Shown one piece after another: positions 40,397 to 49,016 of a stretch of 64,000 nucleotides of DNA. The stretch is from Alphaproteobacteria bacterium. GTDB lineage: Bacteria; Pseudomonadota; Alphaproteobacteria; UBA7887. A program made the translations under genes and the position numbers. The DNA is taken from NCBI GenBank assembly GCA_965216755.1, contig CBDCGL010000011.1:1298609-1362608 (forward strand), written 5' to 3'. The stretch's first letter is position 1, and each line of letters begins with the position of its first letter. Under the pieces are notes generated by a model. It was not told the DNA's origin and did no database searches. It saw only the letters and a program-made list of their open reading frames with translations.

Positions 40397-41473
40397 CTAT
40401 CCTGCCGCCACGTTCGCGCGCGCGGGTTGGCGCGGATGGCGGCGCGCAAAGTCGTCGGCAATCTCATCGAATGTTGTGAACCGAACGCCCGCGTGACTGG
40501 TGAAATATTCAACAAGACGTTCGAGCATCAAAAGCACTTGCGGCCTTCCGGAAACATCCGGATGGATTGTCATCGTGAATACGGCATAGTCGTATTCACG
40601 ATAAACCCAATCGAATTGATCGCGCCACAAATCCTCAATATCGCGGGGATTGACAAAACCGAAACTATTCGGCGCGGCCTTTATGAACATCATAGGCGGC
40701 AAGTCATCCAAATACCAACTACCCGGGATGTCGATCAGGTCGGTTTCTGCCCCGCGCACCAAAGGCTTCATCCATTCGTCAGGATGTTTGGAATAATCGA
40801 TCGGCGTCCAGCTATCGCCGACGCGGACATAAAACGGATGGAAGTCCCTGTTCATCAAGCTGTGGTCATATTTGATGCCCCGCTTGAGCAGCAGTTCGTT
40901 GGTGACCGGGCTGAACTCCCACCACGGCGCCACATAGCCGGTCGGGCGCCGGCCACTCAAGCGCTCGATCAGGTCGATGCATTTGTCCATGACGGCCTCT
41001 TCCTGTTCCGGCGTCATGGCAATCGGATTTTCGTGGGAATAGCCGTGCATGCCGATTTCGTGGCCAGCTTCGACGACCATGCGGCACTCGTCGGGGAATG
41101 TCTCTATCGAATGGCCGGGAATGAACCACGAGGTCGGAATACCCAACTTGTCGAACAAGCGTACCAATCGCGGCACGCCAACTTCGCCGGCAAACAAACC
41201 GCGCGAGATATCACATGGTGAATCCTCGCCACCGTAGGAGCCGAGCCAGCCCGCGACGGCATCAACATCGACACCGAACGCACAGAAGATCTCCTTCTTG
41301 CCGCCGCCGCCGGCCTTCGCCAGGTGCCGCGAGCCAATGTTAGCCGTGCTGGTGCTCGGTGTAATGAGCGGTCGTGGTCGATAACGTTCCGCACTCGCGC
41401 GGCCGCCGGAACTTCGCAACGCTTTGTTATGATCGCTGCCTGGTCGTTGATTCATCACACGCCTCCCGCTCAC
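40397..41473 (-). CDS. polysaccharide deacetylase-family protein (PuuE-like)
   Basis: NodB-homology domain motifs ([17 protein letters not shown]). True start may be a few codons downstream of 41473. Confidence 0.8.
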   Translation of the reverse strand: MSGRRVMNQRPGSDHNKALRSSGGRASAERYRPRPLITPSTSTANIGSRHLAKAGGGGKKEIFCAFGVDVDAVAGWLGSYGGEDSPCDISRGLFAGEVGVPRLVRLFDKLGIPTSWFIPGHSIETFPDECRMVVEAGHEIGMHGYSHENPIAMTPEQEEAVMDKCIDLIERLSGRRPTGYVAPWWEFSPVTNELLLKRGIKYDHSLMNRDFHPFYVRVGDSWTPIDYSKHPDEWMKPLVRGAETDLIDIPGSWYLDDLPPMMFIKAAPNSFGFVNPRDIEDLWRDQFDWVYREYDYAVFTMTIHPDVSGRPQVLLMLERLVEYFTSHAGVRFTTFDEIADDFARRHPRQPARANVAAG

Positions 41474-41606
41474 GACCGATCGTCTCAGCCGCCGCTATCT
41501 TGCGTCGGTTGCGCTTTGTGGGGCAAGAGCCGTTTCATCAAGACCGCACACCCGTTGCCGGACAATGGCACACGGGGTATCGTTTTGCGTCAACACGCGG
41601 AGAAAG

Positions 41607-42320
41607 ATGGCCATGGGCGAGACACATCACGAAACGTTTGAGGACTATCAGCGAAAGGGCTTGGGAAGTCGTTCTGGCTTTGGCGAGAAACCGGCGTTCG
41701 TGGTCGTCGATTTTAGCAATGGTTTTACTGATCCAACCAGCCCGCTGGGCGGCGACTTCAGCAAGGAGCTAGCCGTAACGGCGGCGTTACTCGACGGTTT
41801 TCGTCGCCGTGGCTTGCCAATTGTATTTACAACGGTTGCCTACGAGCCGCATTTCCGCGATGCCGGAGTCTTCATCAAGAAAGTCCCGTCGCTGTCGATC
41901 CTGCTCAAGGGCTCGCAAATGGTCGCGATCGATGACCGTATCCGGCCGCGCCCGGATGAGATGGTGCTGGAAAAGAAGTTCGCGAGCGCGTTTTTTGGTA
42001 CCGAATTGGACCGCCATTTGCGCTCTTTGGCTGTAGATACGGTCGTGATCGCCGGCGCCACGACCAGCGGTTGCGTTCGCGCCAGCGCCGTCGACTCGAT
42101 GCAGCATGGATTCCAGACGATTGTGGTCCGCGATGCGGTCGGCGACCGCGCGCAAGGTCCCCATGAGGCGAACTTGTTTGATATCGACGCCAAATATGGA
42201 GACGTCGTCTCCGGTCAGCAGGTTCTGACATATCTGGAAGAGCTCGGTCGTGCTGGCGGGATGGCAAGTAAGGCAGCCGATGCCTTTGACCGCTGGTGGA
42301 ATCGCGGCGCAGTCGCCTGA
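41607..42320 (+). CDS. isochorismatase-family cysteine hydrolase (N-carbamoylsarcosine amidase-like)
   Basis: GGAGAAAG RBS then ATG 41607. PAFVVVDFSNGF...VVIAGATTSGCVRASAVD catalytic-Cys motif. Confidence 0.8.
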   Translation: MAMGETHHETFEDYQRKGLGSRSGFGEKPAFVVVDFSNGFTDPTSPLGGDFSKELAVTAALLDGFRRRGLPIVFTTVAYEPHFRDAGVFIKKVPSLSILLKGSQMVAIDDRIRPRPDEMVLEKKFASAFFGTELDRHLRSLAVDTVVIAGATTSGCVRASAVDSMQHGFQTIVVRDAVGDRAQGPHEANLFDIDAKYGDVVSGQQVLTYLEELGRAGGMASKAADAFDRWWNRGAVA

Positions 42321-42331
42321 CGGACGTCACG

Positions 42332-42820
42332 ATGACCGACGAACGCCGCGGCGCGTACAGTTCACCGCTTGACGACATGCTGGTCCAGGCGCGCCAGCAA
42401 TTTGACAGTTTGCTCGATGCGGAGGCGGCGGTCGAGGCGCCGCCCTCGCAGTCAGCCGAAGCGCTGGGCGCACCCGCCCGAATGACGCGACCGGATCTGG
42501 CACCATTGCCCGGCGCCGAAGATGCGATCCGCATGTTGCAACAGAAACATGTCAACAATTGGCGATATAATGTTGTCGAACGCCGCCATGATGGATCAAG
42601 TGTCACGGTTCTGGTCGAATTGTTCGTCGCCGATATGACAGATCCCGTCTCAGCTTACGGCCACGCCCCAGGAAAAAGCAGTAGCGGCATTGTCCGTGGC
42701 ACATCTGACGGCGTGTCATTTTCGATTGCGATGGGCCGGCCATCGCGGGCGACGAACCTGGATGCCGCATACGACCGCGCGATCGCGGATGCCCTGACCA
42801 ATTGCGTCGCATTGCTATAG
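42332..42820 (+). CDS. hypothetical protein homologous to the N-terminal extension of the HyuB-like protein
   Basis: Alignable to residues about 10-180 of ORF 33514..35796. Matching blocks: LDD[LM]L..A..QFD, A[VI].[LM]L.Q...W...VE[HR]...G.VTVL..L.V, final A..DAL..C.A[LM]. Confidence 0.55.
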   Translation: MTDERRGAYSSPLDDMLVQARQQFDSLLDAEAAVEAPPSQSAEALGAPARMTRPDLAPLPGAEDAIRMLQQKHVNNWRYNVVERRHDGSSVTVLVELFVADMTDPVSAYGHAPGKSSSGIVRGTSDGVSFSIAMGRPSRATNLDAAYDRAIADALTNCVALL

Positions 42821-42872
42821 GACGGGATAAAAGGGGCCGACGATGCGCGAACATCGCCGGCCCACGCCACTA

Positions 42873-44633
42873 TCATGCAAGTGGTCCAGGGTTTTTTAGG
42901 TACTTGTTTTTGATTGCGTCGGCGGTCCAGTAAGCCAACGCGCCCACCTGACCAGTCGGATTGAAACACGAAAGTTGTGGAAAAGCGCTGGCGCCCACCA
43001 CAAACAGGTTGTCGACATCCCAACTCTGAAGATACCGATTGACGGCACTATTGTCTGGTGCGTCGCCAGCGATCGCCCCGCCGACTTGGTGGATCATGAA
43101 GTAATACTGGCCCTGATCAAAACGCTGCGGCAGCCCCCACAACGCATAGTGGCTCGGATTCATTGCCTTAGCAACTTCTTCGCCCTTGCCGACCATGTAA
43201 CGGCTCAGTTTGTGTTCGTTGGGTCCAAAGTCGTAGGTCAGCCGCAACAGCGGATTGCCCCATGCGTCGTTGTAGTTGGGATCAAGATCCATGTAGTTGC
43301 CGCGATAGGACAAATGATCATGCAGGCCGACCACAAGGAAGCTGCGGTTGTAGTAGTGGGCTACGGCTTTTTTCCAATCCGATCCCCACGCCGGCGTGCC
43401 TGGTGGAGCCGGTTGGAAGGCCAGTGGACCATGACCACCCATCCAGGCCACCATCAGGCTTCCTCCGATGAAATCAAGGCCGCTGTGGTCGAAGTTGTCG
43501 CCCTGCAAATCAGCGACGGCCGTATCGAGAGCCCCCGTCGCCATGTACGGATTGAAGTGATGTCCATCGTCGAAATAGGCCTGAATTCCTGGCGTTACCC
43601 AATGCCATGAGAAATTCTTACCGACCGCGCCCTTGCCTGTGGCTGGATCGTATGGCGCGCCGATGCCGGAGACCAACATCAGCTGGACATTGCTCCAAGT
43701 GAACGCCGTGAGAAGCACAATGTCGGCGGGTTGCTCGATTTCACGACCCAGACCGTCAATATATGTGACGCCGGTTGCCTTGTTGCCATTCGTGTTAATT
43801 CGGGTTACCGCTGCATTCGTCCGCACTTCGAAGTTTCCGGTATCAAACGCGGCTGGTAACGTGCAGGTCTGCGGTGTCGACTTTGCGGCCGTTTCACACG
43901 CATAATTCATGCAATAGCCGCAATAGACGCATTCACCCAAGCTCACCCCATCCGGATTGGTGTAAGGCTGACTGCACTGCGCTGCGGGCATGGGAAACGG
44001 GTGGTAGCCAAGACTTTTGGTGGCTTCCGCATAGACGTTGCCGGCGTGGCTCCGCTTCAATGGCGGATTCGGATAGTCGCGCGAACGCGGTCCCTCAAAG
44101 GGGTTGCCACCGGCTTGGACGTTGCCTTGAACATTTCCGGCCTTGCCCGATATGCCGCACGTATATTCAAACTGATCGTAATAAGGCTCCATTTCCTCGT
44201 AAGTCATGGGCCAGTCTTGGATCGTGCAGTCTTCGGGAATCATGCGTGCGCCATAGCGTTCGATTGTTTGGCTCCGGATATTGAAATCCCACGGGGTTAG
44301 GCGCCATGTCCACCCGGCCCAATGAAACCCCGCCCCGCCCACGCCAGACCCCCATGGCCAGGGACCGTGGCGTCGCTGCGGACGCGCGACTTCGCCCGTC
44401 GAATTACGAAACGTATGGGTCGTTTTTGACAGATCCTCGAACATTTCGAGGCGCCGTTCATACTTGAGTTGATCATGCATGGAAGGAAGACTGTAGTCCT
44501 CCTGCCGCCGCTCGCCACCACGCTCGAGGCCAACAACCTTGAGGCCTGCTTTGGCGAGCTCAAGTGCCATAATGCTTCCCGACCAACCGACACCGATCGT
44601 CACAACGTCGACCGGTTTCATTTTGATCGCCAT
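42873..44633 (-). CDS. GMC-family FAD oxidoreductase (gluconate 2-dehydrogenase flavoprotein subunit-like)
   Basis: 586 aa. N-terminal FAD motif VDVVTIGVGWSGSIMALELAKAG and the GMC C-terminal region. Confidence 0.85.
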   Translation of the reverse strand: MAIKMKPVDVVTIGVGWSGSIMALELAKAGLKVVGLERGGERRQEDYSLPSMHDQLKYERRLEMFEDLSKTTHTFRNSTGEVARPQRRHGPWPWGSGVGGAGFHWAGWTWRLTPWDFNIRSQTIERYGARMIPEDCTIQDWPMTYEEMEPYYDQFEYTCGISGKAGNVQGNVQAGGNPFEGPRSRDYPNPPLKRSHAGNVYAEATKSLGYHPFPMPAAQCSQPYTNPDGVSLGECVYCGYCMNYACETAAKSTPQTCTLPAAFDTGNFEVRTNAAVTRINTNGNKATGVTYIDGLGREIEQPADIVLLTAFTWSNVQLMLVSGIGAPYDPATGKGAVGKNFSWHWVTPGIQAYFDDGHHFNPYMATGALDTAVADLQGDNFDHSGLDFIGGSLMVAWMGGHGPLAFQPAPPGTPAWGSDWKKAVAHYYNRSFLVVGLHDHLSYRGNYMDLDPNYNDAWGNPLLRLTYDFGPNEHKLSRYMVGKGEEVAKAMNPSHYALWGLPQRFDQGQYYFMIHQVGGAIAGDAPDNSAVNRYLQSWDVDNLFVVGASAFPQLSCFNPTGQVGALAYWTADAIKNKYLKNPGPLA

Positions 44634-44747
44634 TCTCTCCTCCTCTCACGGCACGCGTCGCCTCTCGACACACGCCGCTTGTGGTATAATTTTGGATAGC
44701 GTGCTTATTTCCGCTTCAGCATCAACTTTTCTACGAAGCGAATGCAG

Positions 44748-45590
44748 CTACATGAAACCCACAAAATGGTTCGCGTTCCAATCCATCGCGACGTCTTCCG
44801 ATTCCGTACGTTTCTTGGGCGCCTCTGTCTTACGCGGTGCTTCGGCACGTTTGTGATGGGGATGACCATGATGGTCCTTCGGCACACGTGCCTGACGCAC
44901 ATCTTCCATGCTCACGGGCTCCACGTCGTACGGTTCGTTCTGGCCGATCACTTCGCTGTAAGACGCGGCGACGCCCGGATAGCCAACCAGTTTCCACCCG
45001 ATCATATCGCGATTGCCGCCATAGGCGGGATCGGCAAAAAACCCATCCTTTGTGTCGGTGATCAAGTGAGCAAAGAAAGTTGCACCCGGCACCTCTTCCA
45101 GCGACACGTCACCGGATACACCCTGCAATCCGCTCAGAACGTCTTCCTGCTGAGCCGCTTCGAGCTGGCTAAAGAACTTGCCATAGCTTTCCTGGCAGTA
45201 CTGATCCGTGGCAGCGATGCCAACTTGGTAGAGCTGCCGAGGTGACAGGGGTAGCTGATAGCCTTGGTACCCGGTTGTGTCGCCGAACGGGCCTTGCTGA
45301 TAAAATCGCGCACCGGCGCCATAGTCACCAGCCAACTGCTGATCGATAAAGTACGAGACGTCCGCCTCCAAAGCGCCGGGCCCGAGATCATCGGCCGGGA
45401 TTAGGCGAGCGACCGCCGCTTCAATGAAGGCGGCTTCTGCGTCGGTAAAAAATGTATACGTCTTGTCCATCGTACCTAGATCGGCACGATGAACGCGCGC
45501 CTCTGTGTGTGGCGCCGAGGCGACAACGTCCGACGCGGCCACGGATGCGACCGTGCCCGCGAGTATCTGTAGGAACCTTCGCCGGTCCAT
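44748..45590 (-). CDS. gluconate 2-dehydrogenase subunit 3-family protein, Tat signal
   Basis: MDRRRFLQILAGTVASVAASDVVASA twin-arginine signal. Upstream partner of the GMC flavoprotein, as in membrane-associated flavoprotein dehydrogenases. Confidence 0.7.
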   Translation of the reverse strand: MDRRRFLQILAGTVASVAASDVVASAPHTEARVHRADLGTMDKTYTFFTDAEAAFIEAAVARLIPADDLGPGALEADVSYFIDQQLAGDYGAGARFYQQGPFGDTTGYQGYQLPLSPRQLYQVGIAATDQYCQESYGKFFSQLEAAQQEDVLSGLQGVSGDVSLEEVPGATFFAHLITDTKDGFFADPAYGGNRDMIGWKLVGYPGVAASYSEVIGQNEPYDVEPVSMEDVRQARVPKDHHGHPHHKRAEAPRKTEAPKKRTESEDVAMDWNANHFVGFM

Positions 45591-46084
45591 CTTGGGTTTT
45601 CCTCCCTAAAAGGACCGCGCAGCGGATCGTAAACGGTCGGCGGAAAGACTTTGTCGTCAGCCCTGCCCCCCGGCCGGACACCCGCGACACGATCCGTGAT
45701 TCTTGAGTCGAACCAAAAGCGTAGCTGGCGTCCGTTTGCGGTTCAAACCGAAAATGCCGCCGATTCAGTTTGTTGCAGCGCAAACTAACGATCAACCATG
45801 CGCAAACGCACATGGCTGCTTGTCAATACGGGCACCGGATGAAACGACATCCGTCTATGAATTCAAGGCTGTAGAGACACCCGGCATACGCTTTAGACGT
45901 TCCGAACAAGGTGCCGGTGCGTCGAAATGCAGGTCACCGCGACGTGCCGGTGGATTGCCATGCGCGCCCGAGTCGATGCCAATTTCCAAGAAACTTGAGA
46001 TTGACTAGAACATTTGTAGTCCGAAACGCCGTGCGATTCGCAGGTTTCGTCGCGCGTCGCCCCTACCTATTGCTGACACGGCGC

Positions 46085-47101
46085 TTACGTGTAAAGCCGC
46101 TCGCCTCTTATACCCTCATATAGATGGGCGACCTGATCCGCGTATCCGTTGAAGAGCAATGTTGGTATTTTCTCTTTCGACCCCAACCGCTTCTCAGTCC
46201 GTTGACTCCAACGCGGGTGGCGGACTTTAGGATTGACGTTCGCCCAAAAGCCATACTCGTTCGGTTGGACGTCCTCCCAAAACGTCTGCGGCCTGTCTTC
46301 CACCAGCGTGAATCGCGTGATGGACTTGATGTGCTTAAAGCCATATTTCCAAGGCACCGCGAGACGCAACGGCGCCCCATTCTGTTCCGGCAAAGGCTTG
46401 CCATAGGCGCCGACAACGACGAAGGCGAGTTCATTGGTCGCCTCGTCAATAGTCAAAGCCTCCGTATACGGCCACGGATACCACGCCTGGCGTTGGCCAG
46501 GCGCGATATCGCTGTCGAAGAAGCTTTCCATGCGAAGAAACTTGGCGTCGCTCAAAGGGCGCGCCATGGCGATCAGCTCGCTAAGCGGAAATCCGCTCCA
46601 GGGCACCACCATCGACCAGGCTTCGACACAACGATGCCGATATACCCGCTCCTCGAGCGGCATTCTGTGAACCAAATCATCGAATGAAATCGAGATCGGT
46701 TTTTCGACCAATCCGTCGATGGTGACATCCCAGGGGCTGGTCTGAAGGTTGACGGCCGTTTTCCATATGTTCTTGTGCGAGCCGAACTCGAGAAAATTGT
46801 TGTACCGAGTCACCAACTTTTTCTCCGTGATCGAGTCGTCAGCCACGTACGCGGCATTGCGCATGACCGGGAGAAGCTCGGCAACCGAGCGTGCCCCCGC
46901 GGTCGATATTTCCGGTGCATCCGGCGCTGCCGATTGTTCGCCTTCGTCGCCCGTATCACACGCGGCGATAAGTCCCGTTACCGACACCATCGTGGAGGCT
47001 ATCGCCAACCCGCGCAGAAACTTACGGCGTTCCCGGAATGTATGCTCGGGAGTCACGGCGCTCTCGTCGATCGCCCATCCGGGCCGCACACGCACCAGCA
47101 T
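46085..47101 (-). CDS. msrP: protein-methionine-sulfoxide reductase catalytic subunit MsrP (YedY; sulfite-oxidase-fold Mo enzyme)
   Basis: 338 aa. Tat signal RRKFLRGLAIASTMVSV. The Mo-domain region around the VYRHRCVEAWSMVVPW motif is characteristic of MsrP/YedY. Confidence 0.85.
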   Translation of the reverse strand: MLVRVRPGWAIDESAVTPEHTFRERRKFLRGLAIASTMVSVTGLIAACDTGDEGEQSAAPDAPEISTAGARSVAELLPVMRNAAYVADDSITEKKLVTRYNNFLEFGSHKNIWKTAVNLQTSPWDVTIDGLVEKPISISFDDLVHRMPLEERVYRHRCVEAWSMVVPWSGFPLSELIAMARPLSDAKFLRMESFFDSDIAPGQRQAWYPWPYTEALTIDEATNELAFVVVGAYGKPLPEQNGAPLRLAVPWKYGFKHIKSITRFTLVEDRPQTFWEDVQPNEYGFWANVNPKVRHPRWSQRTEKRLGSKEKIPTLLFNGYADQVAHLYEGIRGERLYT

Positions 47102-47235
47102 ATCCTTACATCACCTGCCCGGCCCGAAGTACCAGATCCGAAGTCAACATATGCCGTGTACATAGCGTATATCGCGACAGCCACGCCATAAACAAATTTG
47201 TGCGCCACGCAGTCATACCAATCCCGAGCGGCATT

Positions 47236-47658
47236 CTATTGTGAGGCAAGTGGATAAAGTATCAACGCGCCATTTGGCGCGATCCAATACCACCCGTGAG
47301 CGCCCGCATGGATCTCAGTTGGTTCACCCGCCTCGGCCATACCAAAGAAACCCGGCACGTTCGGGACCATCGGCATAGCCGGCATACCCACCATGCCGAC
47401 CATCCCCGCTTGCGGCATGGTCGGCCCCGACGGATACAGGGCCAACTGACCCGTGGTCAGGATTCGATACCATCCCGTTGACCCCAGGACACCCCCAGCA
47501 GTGTAGCCGCGCGTCGCAGGATCCAAGCTCGATTGGCTTGCCGCAACCGTCCCCCCTGCGACCATCAAGAAAAGACACGCCAAAACTAGGCCACCGTAAG
47601 CCTTTAGCTTGTAGCTACCGCACCTGTCCGGTGCCACCCTCGTGCCCAGCGTGTTCAC
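47236..47658 (-). CDS. small secreted protein with duplicated G[WF][YF]..P.G.L.LYP motif
   Basis: 140 aa. Signal-like LVLACLFLMVAGGTVAA. Two copies of the motif (GWYRILTTGQLALYP, GWYWIAPNGALILYP) flank a short Met/Pro-rich segment (GMVGMVGMPAMPMVP). Confidence 0.6.
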   Translation of the reverse strand: MNTLGTRVAPDRCGSYKLKAYGGLVLACLFLMVAGGTVAASQSSLDPATRGYTAGGVLGSTGWYRILTTGQLALYPSGPTMPQAGMVGMVGMPAMPMVPNVPGFFGMAEAGEPTEIHAGAHGWYWIAPNGALILYPLASQ

Positions 47659-49016
47659 GTCGAACCCGACGACTCCTCATGCAAACCATATTTTCGGATC
47701 AGACGGTACGTGTTTCGCTCACTTATTCCAAGTGTGGCCGCAACTTTTACCCTATGACCCGAGTATTTTTCCAAGAGATGCTTCAGATAATCTTGCTCTA
47801 TTTCTTTCAAGCTCGGTTCGTGATCAAATGACAAGACCAACTCCTCGGCCTTCGGCGACTGCTCGGTCGACAGAACGACATGCTCTTCATGAATGGTCGG
47901 ATGTGCACCGGACAGAATTATCGCGCGCTCCACTACATTCTTCAGCTCTCGCACGTTACCCGGCCAATCATATGCCATCATTCTTTTCATGGCGCGCCGC
48001 GATACGCGCTTGTCAATCCGTCTTGAAAAATCGTGATTGCTAATGAAATGATTAACCAAGTCTTCAATGTCCTCTCGACGTTCACGCAATGGCGGTACCG
48101 TTATGACAAAGGCACTGAGTCGATAAAACAAATCTGAACGAAACCGGCCGTCCCGACTGAACTTCTCTAGATTGGCATTTGTCGCGGCAACAATTCGAAC
48201 ATGCGCTGTCAGGTCCTTTGTGCCGCCGACGCGCCGGAATTGACCGGATTCAAGAACGCGCAGCAACTTTGCCTGGATGGACGAAGTGATTTCGCCGATC
48301 TCATCGAGAAAGAGCGTGCCGCCTTCGGCCCCCTCGATTAACCCTTTCTTCTGTCGATCAGCACCGGTAAAGGACCCACGCTCATGGCCGAAAAGTTCCG
48401 ATTCGAACAACGTTTCCTGTAAGGTACAGCAGTCCAACGCGACAAAATTGCGATTTAGTCGCGCGCTGCGTTCGTGGATTTCGTGGGCGACAAGCTCCTT
48501 GCCGACACCGCTTTCGCCTTGGATCAAAACGGTCATATCCGACGGCGCCACAGCATCGATCAGACGATTGACCTGCTCCACCGCCGTGCTGTTGCCGACC
48601 AAAAAAGTTCGCCGACTGGTGCGCAACCGATCTTCAACAAACTGCAAATTGCGGCGCAGCGCGGCATTCTCCAAGACTCGGTCGACAACGACTTCCAATT
48701 CTTCCAAGTTGACGGGCTTGGAGAGATAGTCGGCAACGCCCAACTGCATGGCCTTCACGGCTTTCTGCACAGACGCATATGCCGTTAATATGATGACCGG
48801 TTGCTGCGCGACGAGATCCGAAAGGAATTCGTACCCGTCAGCATCAGGTAGTCGTGGATCAAGAACGATCAGGTGTGGCTCGTACGCTGTCAGATAGTTT
48901 TCCGCAGCCGCCCAACAATCGACGCCCTCGGTTGCATAGCCGACTTGGTTGAGTTGCTTGACAAGCAAACTATTCAGAACTTGATCGTCCTCAATGATCA
49001 ATATGTTCGGCTTCAA
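47655..49016 (-). CDS. sigma-54-dependent response regulator (NtrC/Fis family)
   Basis: GGGAG RBS then TTG start at LKPNILIIEDD. Receiver domain, AAA+ sigma-54 activator domain (GESGVGKE, GAFTGA-like ESELFGHERGSFTGA), C-terminal HTH. Confidence 0.85.
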   Translation of the reverse strand: MKPNILIIEDDQVLNSLLVKQLNQVGYATEGVDCWAAAENYLTAYEPHLIVLDPRLPDADGYEFLSDLVAQQPVIILTAYASVQKAVKAMQLGVADYLSKPVNLEELEVVVDRVLENAALRRNLQFVEDRLRTSRRTFLVGNSTAVEQVNRLIDAVAPSDMTVLIQGESGVGKELVAHEIHERSARLNRNFVALDCCTLQETLFESELFGHERGSFTGADRQKKGLIEGAEGGTLFLDEIGEITSSIQAKLLRVLESGQFRRVGGTKDLTAHVRIVAATNANLEKFSRDGRFRSDLFYRLSAFVITVPPLRERREDIEDLVNHFISNHDFSRRIDKRVSRRAMKRMMAYDWPGNVRELKNVVERAIILSGAHPTIHEEHVVLSTEQSPKAEELVLSFDHEPSLKEIEQDYLKHLLEKYSGHRVKVAATLGISERNTYRLIRKYGLHEESSGST

